Origin: a virus
Reading direction: 5' to 3' (one strand)
DNA length: 60,762 bases
Virus record (IMG/VR): IMGVR_UViG_3300025151_000038
Location: 1-60,762 of that record
Part shown: in pieces, positions 35,429-56,904 of the stretch
Layout of the letters: each line of letters begins with the position of its first letter
How positions within the stretch are numbered: position 1 is the stretch's first letter
The notes under the pieces: generated by a model
Seen by the model: only the letters and a program-made list of their open reading frames with translations
The model's database searches: none
What the model was told of the DNA's origin: nothing
Position numbers and translations under genes: made by a program

Positions 35429-37207
35429 ATGCCTCGCGTTCTACATGTCTATGAGCCTCGTATTGATTCAGATACGAAAAAAATGGATGTAGGAGGGATA
35501 TTAATTCCTCCTACAAACACACTAACTGCACTACTCTACGGCTTTGCACATCACGAAGCGCACCGCGCCCGTGAGTATTATTTTTGGAGGTTATGTGATG
35601 AGTTGTGGAATAATGAAGAACTCCCTGAGAAAATGATGGTGCGCCACCCCTGGGCAGAAGACATGATTAAATCTGTAATCCGCAACAAGTATGTTGCTAT
35701 CGGGGGTGCTGCTTCATCTGGTAAAAGTCACACGATGGCTGCATGGGGTATTCTGAATTGGTTGGCAGCCCCACGCGATACTCTGGTTCTACTTACTTCG
35801 ACAACTTTAAGAGAGGCTCGCAAACGGATATGGGGTTCCGTTATATCTTTGTTGTCTGTCATTGAAGGCGCACCCCTTAAAGTTCGTGATTCTATTGGAA
35901 ATGTCGCATACATCAATGAACAAGGGAATCTGATCGAAAGAGCAGGTTTATCGCTGATCGCCGCAGAGAAAAGCAAGACACGGGAAGCGGTTGGTAAGTT
36001 TATTGGTATTAAGCAAAAAAGAGTAATTCTTATTGGAGATGAGCTAGCAGAGTTGAGTGAGGCAATCCTCCAAGCAGGTTTATCAAACCTCTCCAAAAAC
36101 CCCTCCTTCCAGCTTATCGGGATGTCTAACCCAAACTCACGCTTCGACGCTTTCGGGGTTTGGTCAGAGCCGAAGGATGGCTGGGATTCAGTAGATACGA
36201 ACACGGATGACAAGTGGCGCACGAAATGGGGAGGGCAGTATATCCGCTTTGATGCGGAAAGAAGTCCGAACGTGGTTGCCGGAGAGAATATCTTCCCTTG
36301 GCTCCCTACTACCGAAAAATTGGCAGAAGATAGAGCGTTGCTTGGTCAGGAGTCGAGGGGGTATATGCGGATGGTAAGGGCTGTGTTTTTTGACTCAGAC
36401 GAAACGGAGGGAATCTACAACGAAGCAGAACTTACGCGCTCCGGTGCAATGAAACCCGTTGAGTGGCAAGGCAACCCTACCCCAATAGCCGGACTTGACC
36501 CTGCTTTTACAAATGGAGGTGACCGTACAATATTATACACGGGTTTTGTTGGATATGATATCAATGGACAATATGTGTGCGAGCTTGGAGAAGCTGTCCA
36601 CCTTAATGACGATGCCACCAACAAGTCGGTCCCCCGCACTTACCAGATAGTCCGGCAGGTGAAGCAGGAGTGCCAGAAGAGAAGAATTCAACCGCAGGAT
36701 TTGGCGGTGGACTCGACGGGCGCTGGCGCTCCTTTCTGTGACGTTCTTGCCGGCGAGTGGAGCGATCAGATTTTAAGGGTCTCATTTGGTGGAAAAGCCT
36801 CAGACCGAAAAGTTTCTGCCAACAGTTCAATGATTGGTCAGGAGCTTTATATGAACAGGGTGAGCGAGCTTTGGTTTGTAGGCAAGGAATTTTGTAGAAC
36901 GAAGCAGCTATTTGGGATCAGCACAGATTTAGCTCAAGAAATAACGGGCAGGAATTATGATATGGTAAAAGGGTCAACGCTTCGGATGAAGATTGAATCT
37001 AAACCAGAATACAAAGCACGGTTTGGTCGTAGTCCTGATTTGGCGGACGCAGCCTTCTTGTGCTTGGACTTGGCGCGGCAGCGACATGGACTCGTTGCGG
37101 TAGATCCTCCCGATGATTCCACGCAGTCTGGTAAGATGCCACGCCAAAGAAGAACCATAAAACAACTCGCACAAACACTTACAATTGATAACTTGAGTGG
37201 CTCTTGA
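35429..37207 (+). CDS. terL: terminase large subunit, 592 aa
   Basis: Walker A is AIGGAASSGKSH and Walker B is VILIGDE. Nuclease-domain Asp motifs are GLDPAFTNGGDR and AVDSTGAG. Confidence 0.9.
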   Translation: MPRVLHVYEPRIDSDTKKMDVGGILIPPTNTLTALLYGFAHHEAHRAREYYFWRLCDELWNNEELPEKMMVRHPWAEDMIKSVIRNKYVAIGGAASSGKSHTMAAWGILNWLAAPRDTLVLLTSTTLREARKRIWGSVISLLSVIEGAPLKVRDSIGNVAYINEQGNLIERAGLSLIAAEKSKTREAVGKFIGIKQKRVILIGDELAELSEAILQAGLSNLSKNPSFQLIGMSNPNSRFDAFGVWSEPKDGWDSVDTNTDDKWRTKWGGQYIRFDAERSPNVVAGENIFPWLPTTEKLAEDRALLGQESRGYMRMVRAVFFDSDETEGIYNEAELTRSGAMKPVEWQGNPTPIAGLDPAFTNGGDRTILYTGFVGYDINGQYVCELGEAVHLNDDATNKSVPRTYQIVRQVKQECQKRRIQPQDLAVDSTGAGAPFCDVLAGEWSDQILRVSFGGKASDRKVSANSSMIGQELYMNRVSELWFVGKEFCRTKQLFGISTDLAQEITGRNYDMVKGSTLRMKIESKPEYKARFGRSPDLADAAFLCLDLARQRHGLVAVDPPDDSTQSGKMPRQRRTIKQLAQTLTIDNLSGS

Positions 37208-37234
37208 CCCCCTACTTAAAAACTCCCCATGTGA

Positions 37235-37275
37235 GGTTACTTAATTTATTCCGTAACAGAATAAACTAAGTAGCC
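37235..37275 (+). terminator. AT-rich 17-bp hairpin after terL (terminator or RNA-processing candidate)
   Basis: ggttacttaatttattc / gaataaactaagtagcc with one wobble, one mismatch and a 7-nt loop, followed by TTCCTT. Confidence 0.4.
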
Positions 37276-37400
37276 TTCCTTAGAAAAGTTTTATATGCCC
37301 CCCCGAAATGCTCACGGTCCCTTGTTGCTAAAGTCAATAAAAAGATTAACTTTATACACACACTTCTTTAGAAAATTCTTGATTTAAACTATTTTCCATT

Positions 37401-38807
37401 ATGGCTTCTCCTAAGTATGAAACTCTCTCGCCCAAAGCTAAAGAATTTTTAGCTAAAAAATATGCTGAAAGGCTTTTTTCAGCTTTGAACCCCCCGATGT
37501 TTAGGACTGAGATGCAGGATATAGACCTTCCTTTTGGGCTAGGTACTAAAGAAGAAGATGTAAAAACTATTTTAAAGCAAATACAACAGTCTGGGGGTTC
37601 TGATCTCGTTAACTTAATTTCAGATGCTAAAAGACCAGATGGCGAAAAATTCTTCGATAAGGGTTTAAGAGAAGCCTTCGATAGTGATTTTGACGGAGAT
37701 GAACTAAAAAATGTATTAAATGCTGCTGGGTATCCAGATATTGATTTTTGGAAGCAAACCGCACAAGAAAACTACGCTGCCCGACAGGGTTTAGATCCAA
37801 ATAAATCTAATTATCAGGCTTTTGGTCCTGAGTTTGTTGAGGGCAGGGGTAAACATAAGGAATTACAAAAAGGCTGGTCTGGTTTAGGAGTAGGAGCTAG
37901 TGGATTTTCAGGTTATATAGCTCCAGGAGGAAAAAAAGCACCCTCATTAATTCCAACACAACAAGAGTTGTTAAAGAATCAGCCAGAGTTTAAAAATATA
38001 TTTACAACTGCGCCAGCTACAACTGCGCCAGCTACAACTGCGCCAGCTACAACTGCGCCAGCTACACCTCCACCAGGGACTACAATAAAGCAGACACCTA
38101 CTGGCCTTGTTTCTCAGGCTCCTGTCAAATTACCGACCACACCTGCGCCCACACCTGCGCCCACACCTGCGCCAGCTACACCTGCGCCAACTACAACTGC
38201 GCCTACAACCACAACCACTGCACGAACAGCCCCACCTATACAATACACCCCATCAAAACCCGAAGGTTTAACTGAGGAACAGAAAAAGAGATATGAGGAG
38301 ACAGTAACTAAAGGAGGAGCTTCAAAAGACCCCCAACAGGAAGCAGCGCGGATAGCAGCCATCAAGAAAAACATGCCACCTACTATTAGCTCTGCCCCTA
38401 CTGAGACTACCGTAGAACCCACAACCAGCACACCCCCACCAGAAAAATCCCAACAGGAGCAAATCCGTGAGAGACTGGCCACAAGAGGCCCTGATCCGGC
38501 ACAACAATTATTGAATGTGATTTCATCTGCGCGGGCTACCCGTGAAGCTATGCTAGATAAAGAAAGAGCCGAAGGTAGGGCGTGGATTGATCGTTTGGTT
38601 AAGAACCCTGAAAATTGGAAAATGGGGGCGCGTGATCCCCGCGATGAGAGAACAACCCGTGAGGAGCGTTATGGCAAACCCAGACCAACTCAGTCGGATG
38701 AAGATCGCAGACGTAAAAATGGGCGAGGTGGGCGTAAAGCTCCCCGCCCCCGCTACGGAGCAGGGGGAACTAATAACCCACCCGTCACAGAGGAGTCACG
38801 CTACTAA
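37401..38807 (+). CDS. Pro/Thr/Ala-linker-rich protein, internal virion/ejection candidate, 468 aa
   Basis: (TTAPA)4 and (PTPA)n linkers with a basic C-terminus. It is the first of three genes after terL. Confidence 0.6.
   Translation: MASPKYETLSPKAKEFLAKKYAERLFSALNPPMFRTEMQDIDLPFGLGTKEEDVKTILKQIQQSGGSDLVNLISDAKRPDGEKFFDKGLREAFDSDFDGDELKNVLNAAGYPDIDFWKQTAQENYAARQGLDPNKSNYQAFGPEFVEGRGKHKELQKGWSGLGVGASGFSGYIAPGGKKAPSLIPTQQELLKNQPEFKNIFTTAPATTAPATTAPATTAPATPPPGTTIKQTPTGLVSQAPVKLPTTPAPTPAPTPAPATPAPTTTAPTTTTTARTAPPIQYTPSKPEGLTEEQKKRYEETVTKGGASKDPQQEAARIAAIKKNMPPTISSAPTETTVEPTTSTPPPEKSQQEQIRERLATRGPDPAQQLLNVISSARATREAMLDKERAEGRAWIDRLVKNPENWKMGARDPRDERTTREERYGKPRPTQSDEDRRRKNGRGGRKAPRPRYGAGGTNNPPVTEESRY
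38003..38062 (+). repeat. Perfect 15-bp tandem repeat acaactgcgccagct x4, coding for (TTAPA)4
   Basis: Units at 38003, 38018, 38033 and 38048. More degenerate acacctgcgcc units follow at about 38136-38215. Confidence 0.95.
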
Positions 38808-38813
38808 TTTATA

Positions 38814-39977
38814 ATGTCCAGAGCAGTATCTTTACAAAGAGAATCCGGCAAACTGCGCAATGCAGCCCGTCGGCTTGCGAAGAAAGGCTTCCGCGCTGAA
38901 GCCGGTAAAATGATGGCAGCCTCTGAGATGGCTCGGATGCGTGAGCCAAACATCATGACGCCTGAGTTCAGGCGTATGGATTCACGGGCGCAAGACGCCT
39001 TGTCTTTTGCTCAACAGGCGGCCAGTTCACCTGACTTTGATTATGAGCGTGACATCCTGCCAATGCGTCAGGCGTTTTTTCAGGATACGGCTTCCCTGCC
39101 CAGGGATCAGCAAAGAATGATAACCGACCGTTATGCCAAACAGTTTACTGATTTGGGTGGCGAGACATTGAAGGAGCGCGGAACCCTAGATCAAATGCGG
39201 GGTCAGCGGGTGGCGCTGGAAGCCACCCAGCAAAGACTAAAGGATGATAAGCGCAAGTTTAAGCAACAACGTAAGACAGAGAAGGCTTTGCCTGACATGT
39301 CATCTCGTTTAGATCGAATTCTTAGTGGAGCCGGAACCAGTTCTCAGAAAGAGAAAGCTCTGGTTTCTGAGGCTCTTTCCAATCCGAAGTTCTACAGTTC
39401 TCAGATGGGTAGTAACCTAATAGGGACTGCCTTTAACTCTATTACACGCGACATCACCCGTAAGAAGAGTGATGATGATAAAGCCATGGGATTTCAAAAA
39501 TGGGCAGCGCAGAGTGGTGCTACGGAAGCCTTGAAACTATTTAAGGCTGGTGACATGGAGGGAGCTTTATATGAAGTGGCTCGCCATACTCAGGAGGAAA
39601 AGGACAAGTCGCGAGAGGCGACTACTGGGCTACGTCTTCAGGCAGTCCGCGATAAAGCTAAGACTTCCGTTGAGAAAAATTTGGCCATTTTAAATGATAC
39701 GGAGAAATACCCCGATCCCATCGCCATTTCAGGTTATATTGCAGATGCTCTTCGCGCTTCATCAAGTTTCCCTGAAATAACGAAAGAATTACAGAGGCTC
39801 CTCAAAATAGTGGATGCGGAAAAAAACAAAGGTGATAAGGCTATTGTAGAGGATTCTGTTATTGAGGATCTTCGTATAGTCTTTGGTGAATTAATTCAGG
39901 CGTTGTCGGCTTCGACAGGTGCGCCCCCTGCGGCTGCCCCTACAGCACCAAGTGTAGAAGAAGAGTTATTTAAATAA
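38814..39977 (+). CDS. coiled-coil-rich protein, internal virion/ejection candidate, 387 aa
   Basis: ORF immediately upstream of the giant gene. It is rich in K, E, Q and R. Confidence 0.6.
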   Translation: MSRAVSLQRESGKLRNAARRLAKKGFRAEAGKMMAASEMARMREPNIMTPEFRRMDSRAQDALSFAQQAASSPDFDYERDILPMRQAFFQDTASLPRDQQRMITDRYAKQFTDLGGETLKERGTLDQMRGQRVALEATQQRLKDDKRKFKQQRKTEKALPDMSSRLDRILSGAGTSSQKEKALVSEALSNPKFYSSQMGSNLIGTAFNSITRDITRKKSDDDKAMGFQKWAAQSGATEALKLFKAGDMEGALYEVARHTQEEKDKSREATTGLRLQAVRDKAKTSVEKNLAILNDTEKYPDPIAISGYIADALRASSSFPEITKELQRLLKIVDAEKNKGDKAIVEDSVIEDLRIVFGELIQALSASTGAPPAAAPTAPSVEEELFK

Positions 39978-39997
39978 TCTAATCAGTTTCATTTATT

Positions 39998-53373
<13,376 letters not shown>

Positions 53374-53377
<4 letters not shown>

Positions 53378-53742
53378 AGGCTACGCCACTCATCAATATT
53401 TGCGACCCACTCGTTGCTCTGCCCTTTAACGGACAGGCGTAACTTGTCAGGCACACCGTCTATCTCTTCAGTGGTGATGTAGATTTCCTCCTCTTCACAT
53501 ATCTTGTGAGCCATGGCTGTGGTGTCCAGCTTCTCCTGTTTAGGAGTATCTGCTAACTTGACTCCTGATAACTGGTCCAGTAAGTCTTCTAAAGGAATCA
53601 GGAAGAAGGGCGCATTGCGCCCGCGCTTCCCTTTCTCCTTGAAGCTCACTACTGACTGGTTGTTGCCAGGGTCGAGGGTTACATAGTATTCTTTTCCGTT
53701 AAGTGTTACCTCACGGGTTATTGGTTTTTCTAGTTTTGTCAT
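53374..53742 (-). CDS. hypothetical protein, 122 aa
   Basis: ORF whose stop overlaps the stop of the convergent giant gene by 4 nt. Confidence 0.6.
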
Positions 53743-53848
53743 TGCTTTTTTCTTTCTTGTTTAGGTAAAGGCACCACAGCATTAAAGCGATGCCATGTGC
53801 CGGTAGGACTGCGATTTGCAGAATCCCTTGTATTTGTTCTGGTGTCAT
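53711..53848 (-). CDS. tiny membrane peptide candidate, 45 aa
   Basis: Hand translation: MTPEQIQGILQIAVLPAHGIALMLWCLYLNKKEKSNDKTRKTNNP. ATGA overlap with the upstream small ORF. Confidence 0.3.
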   Translation of the reverse strand: MTPEQIQGILQIAVLPAHGIALMLWCLYLNKKEKSNDKTRKTNNP

Positions 53849-54021
53849 TTTTCTTTTGTATCCCAGGCTTTCATTCTTAGTAACCGCATTTTCATAAATG
53901 CAGCTAGGTGTTTAGCATCCTTATAAGAGGATGTTTTGTATTCCTTATACCCGCCATTAGGAACGATTGTCCAATCGCTACCTTCTTTGCACAGGTATGC
54001 CGTGCGTTTATATTTACTCAT
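53845..54021 (-). CDS. small hypothetical protein, 58 aa
   Basis: Hand translation begins MSKYKRTAYLCKEGSDWTIVPNGGYKEYK.. It starts 6 nt after the methyltransferase stop. Confidence 0.4.
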   Translation of the reverse strand: MSKYKRTAYLCKEGSDWTIVPNGGYKEYKTSSYKDAKHLAAFMKMRLLRMKAWDTKEK

Positions 54022-54026
54022 CTGCT

Positions 54027-55460
54027 TTACTTGACCAGACGGTTGAATAGAACAAGGAATGCTCTGGCAGCTACTTGCGGAACAACCCCGTTGCCAAGCA
54101 ACCTTAGTCGATCCACTCTGTTGGTAGCTGGGTCCACTGCGGTTCCACTCCCATCAGGTGTTCCACCCAATCGGGATTGAGCTTCCCCTGAGAAGGTGCG
54201 GGGGGCTTCCCACTCGTATTGGTCTTCCTCTGGTCTGGCAGGCCAGCCTTGGCTAACCCCTTCCTGTCCTTGTGCAACGGCTCCCTCTGGACTCCGTAGC
54301 CGTGTACCTCTGGGTGATTGCTCAGTCCCAGTTGGCCATAGTTCGGTTTGCCTCCAATCTTCCCCGCCTCTGCCACTGTCGGTGTTGGCCAACTCTTCAA
54401 CTCTATGTCCGCTAGGTTCTCCGGCTTGCCCTTGTAAGCTCTCGCACTCGGACCCTTCACATCCCTCACTGTCGGTGTTGGCCAACTCTTCAGGGTTCCC
54501 TGCTCCAAGTGGATTACTGCATCTCGTAGCTTCGCTCCGTAACGCACTCCGTTCTCCCGTTCCGCCCAGAACCCGCTTGAGTTCATCCCCACGTTCCTCG
54601 CTACCCCGCCTTCCACTAGCCCTGCCACTGTCGCACTTGGCCAGTTCAGGCTCTCCTGCTGGTATACCTCCACTGCCTTCGGGTCTACTTGTTCCCGCAG
54701 ATTCGCCGGCTTCTTCCGACCCTTGCGGGTTGTCTGCGCTTGCCTCCTCAAGGCTTCTTCTGATCTCTGTGGCAAGCTGTCCATCGTGTTGGGTGTTGCC
54801 CACTGCTCCCTCACCTGCTCCTCCAGATATAGAGGGACACTCGTCTTCCCATGCTTCTGTCTGAAGGCCAAGCATTTCTTCAATGTGGCTTCTGAGCGCG
54901 GACGACTCATCGCTGTTGGAGTACCCCATAATGAATACTCGCTTCCGCTGATGGGGCGCACCGACTTCGCTCGCGCTAAATATTCCTGCCGTTGCGCTGT
55001 AACCCACGCTTTCCAACTCTCGGAGGACATATTGGAGAACGGGTTCTCCATCTCCGGTCTTACAGGAGATGATGCCTTCGACGTTTTCGAGGAAGACAAC
55101 TGCTGGTCTGCACTCTCTGATCCCGTCGAGGATGTATGGGAAGAGGTGTCGGGGGTCTTCTGTTGCTTTCCGGCTTCCTGCGTTGCTGAATGGTTGGCAG
55201 GGGAATCCACCAGTGAGGATGTCCACGCATCCACGAAACTTTCTGAATGGGAATTCTTTAAGGTTCGTGAACACAGGTGCTGCATCCATTTGAGACGCTT
55301 CCATCTTCGCAACCAAGTTTGCGATTGCGAATCCTTCGATCTCCACATGAGCGACTTCGCGCACATTTGGGAGAACTCTTCGGAGTCCAAGCCCGATCCC
55401 TTCGTATCCGCTACAGAGGGAGAGGTGTCTGATATGTTTTTCGGTATAATCCACATACAT
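54027..55460 (-). CDS. DNA (cytosine-5)-methyltransferase, 477-aa frame-A ORF with an apparently out-of-frame central part
   Basis: Frame A carries motif I (LSLCSGYEGIGLGL), motif IV (GGFPCQPFSNAG), motif VI (ENV), motif VIII (QRKRVF) and motif X (RLLGNGVVPQ). Residues about 180-450 are a G/E/S-rich segment that does not look like a folded protein. The leader aaagaaagaaagtaaATG supports the start. Confidence 0.7.
   Translation of the reverse strand: MYVDYTEKHIRHLSLCSGYEGIGLGLRRVLPNVREVAHVEIEGFAIANLVAKMEASQMDAAPVFTNLKEFPFRKFRGCVDILTGGFPCQPFSNAGSRKATEDPRHLFPYILDGIRECRPAVVFLENVEGIISCKTGDGEPVLQYVLRELESVGYSATAGIFSASEVGAPHQRKRVFIMGYSNSDESSALRSHIEEMLGLQTEAWEDECPSISGGAGEGAVGNTQHDGQLATEIRRSLEEASADNPQGSEEAGESAGTSRPEGSGGIPAGEPELAKCDSGRASGRRGSEERGDELKRVLGGTGERSALRSEATRCSNPLGAGNPEELANTDSEGCEGSECESLQGQAGEPSGHRVEELANTDSGRGGEDWRQTELWPTGTEQSPRGTRLRSPEGAVAQGQEGVSQGWPARPEEDQYEWEAPRTFSGEAQSRLGGTPDGSGTAVDPATNRVDRLRLLGNGVVPQVAARAFLVLFNRLVK
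54104..54931 (-). other. Alternate-frame (frame B) segment encoding the target-recognition repeats and motif IX of the same methyltransferase
   Basis: Frame B reads LWGTPTA.., WATPNT.., NWPSATV.., SWPTPTV.., SWPTPTV.., then KLNPDWVEHLMGVEPQWT. It is part of the 471-aa ORF 54104..55519, whose N-terminal 190 aa look like out-of-frame sequence. Confidence 0.65.
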
Positions 55461-55484
55461 TTACTTTCTTTCTTTTTATGTTTT

Positions 55485-55676
55485 CTATTTTGGTTTGCCC
55501 GTACCCTTCTTCTGGACACGGATGACTATTTCTTTTTCCGTAGTTTCTGTTCCATCCTGCTTTGCGCACTGATCAGGGCGCATGTCGAAATGCTTAGTGT
55601 CAACCACACGCTTCCTAGCAGGATCCACAGTAAGATATATTCTATAATCTGGTAGAGGTTCACGATTCATATTCAT
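55485..55676 (-). CDS. hypothetical protein, 63 aa
   Basis: ORF directly upstream of the methyltransferase. Confidence 0.5.
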   Translation of the reverse strand: MNMNREPLPDYRIYLTVDPARKRVVDTKHFDMRPDQCAKQDGTETTEKEIVIRVQKKGTGKPK

Positions 55677-56013
55677 CTAGCTGTTCTTTAACTCGGAGTA
55701 TCTCTTGCATTGCTTGATGAACTCCTTCGTCAGAACTCTTTTCTTTTACTTTGTTCTTTGTTTTCCAACTGGAGACTGCCCCGCGCCCAAACATTTGTCC
55801 GGCTTCTTCGTGGGACATCCCCGACTCATGTGCAATATACATACCCAGATGAACCCAAGGGGTCAGAGCATGATGCCTTTGTGTTAACAACTCCTCTTTA
55901 CTATATCCAGATACCTGAGATACAGCCGGTAGGAGGTTATTCATTGTGTTTTTCTTTATCAGTTTCATTTTCGTTTTTGTTTTCTTGTAATAGCACCATT
56001 GAACGTGGTGCAA
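55660..56013 (-). CDS. DnaA-domain-IV-like HTH protein, up to 117 aa (the likely start is the internal ATG at 55968 or 55944)
   Basis: ..HLGMYIAHESGMSHEEAGQMFGRGAVSSW.. resembles the DnaA C-terminal DNA-binding helix-turn-helix (..AMYL.RE.T..S...IG..FG.RDH.TV). Confidence 0.5.
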   Translation of the reverse strand: MHHVQWCYYKKTKTKMKLIKKNTMNNLLPAVSQVSGYSKEELLTQRHHALTPWVHLGMYIAHESGMSHEEAGQMFGRGAVSSWKTKNKVKEKSSDEGVHQAMQEILRVKEQLDEYES

Positions 56014-56176
56014 AGTCTAGGAGGTCGAGCGGAAACTCTTCCCCCACATACTTGGCTCCTGAATCATCCTCATGGATGGGAAACAGGCGAAGGGAAAGAA
56101 CTTCCCCTATCTCCGATTTTATGGCATCAACCATAATTGGCAGCCCATCTGGCTCAATTTCCCTTAAAATATGCAT
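55937..56176 (-). CDS. hypothetical protein, 79 aa
   Basis: ORF whose acidic C-terminus overlaps the next gene. Confidence 0.45.
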   Translation of the reverse strand: MHILREIEPDGLPIMVDAIKSEIGEVLSLRLFPIHEDDSGAKYVGEEFPLDLLDFAPRSMVLLQENKNENETDKEKHNE

Positions 56177-56235
56177 TAGTTTAATAATATATTAATGTGA
56201 TTAAATAACAAGTTAATATTCAAAGTATTTTCTTT

Positions 56236-56658
56236 TTAGTTTATAAACTCAGAGGCTTCTATATCCATACGGTTCAATGTGTTATGCACCCATTGACTGA
56301 GTGTCATGTTCACAGGCTCCAGCTTTCTGGTTATAATACAAGCCCACCCGTCTACATAGGAGATACCTTCTGACATGATACCTACCAGCACTGCGGTGTC
56401 CCGCCAAGATAGGTGTTTGCGAACCACTGTTCGGATGTCAAAAGGCTCTTCCTCATTAGTGTCTGGGTTGTTTATCATTACAGGGAATGTCCCGCCCTTT
56501 GCGGGGTCAGCGGCAATTGCCACTTTGTAGGTATTATCTGGTCTGTTTCCAGCCCACCATTTAATACCTGCCATTTCCATCTCTTTGATAAAGGCTTCCT
56601 TGTTCTCTACTGAGAAGTAGTTACTTCGTTCTAGTGTATGGTATTTATATACTGTCAT
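56236..56658 (-). CDS. hypothetical protein, 140 aa
   Basis: ORF in the operon. Confidence 0.65.
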   Translation of the reverse strand: MTVYKYHTLERSNYFSVENKEAFIKEMEMAGIKWWAGNRPDNTYKVAIAADPAKGGTFPVMINNPDTNEEEPFDIRTVVRKHLSWRDTAVLVGIMSEGISYVDGWACIITRKLEPVNMTLSQWVHNTLNRMDIEASEFIN

Positions 56659-56884
56659 ATGCTTTCTTTATTTCTTCTGGGGTTGAATCAGGCTCTTGGT
56701 AGTTTTCACCAATGTCTTTTGGGTCATAACAATCCGTTTCGGGATGTGGCTTAGGTTCCCCCTTATAGTGTGGGTTCTTGTGCCAGGTGTCGGCATTAGA
56801 AAGCAGCCAAGCTCTTTCTGGATATCGCTCACCTTCTATGTCAGACCATATTCTCATGTCTTCATTGAAGTTATAGTTCATCAT
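56645..56884 (-). CDS. hypothetical protein, 79 aa
   Basis: ccaaaccaaagaaaacaaaATG leader. Confidence 0.6.
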   Translation of the reverse strand: MMNYNFNEDMRIWSDIEGERYPERAWLLSNADTWHKNPHYKGEPKPHPETDCYDPKDIGENYQEPDSTPEEIKKAYDSI

Positions 56885-56904
56885 TTTGTTTTCTTTGGTT
56901 TGGT

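Noticed and set aside
37686-37700. An exact DFDGD pentapeptide (the RNAP beta-prime metal-binding motif) in the 468-aa ORF
   Set aside because: It sits in a short, largely low-complexity protein with no surrounding NADFDGD context and no room for a polymerase fold. I treat it as a chance match.
54196-55655. Two long plus-strand ORFs (222 aa and 310 aa) antisense to the methyltransferase
   Set aside because: Their translations are Ser/Pro/Leu/Cys-rich low-complexity strings with no motifs. They lie opposite a gene with clear C5-methyltransferase motifs in a GC-rich segment where stop codons are scarce. They are most likely compositional artefacts.
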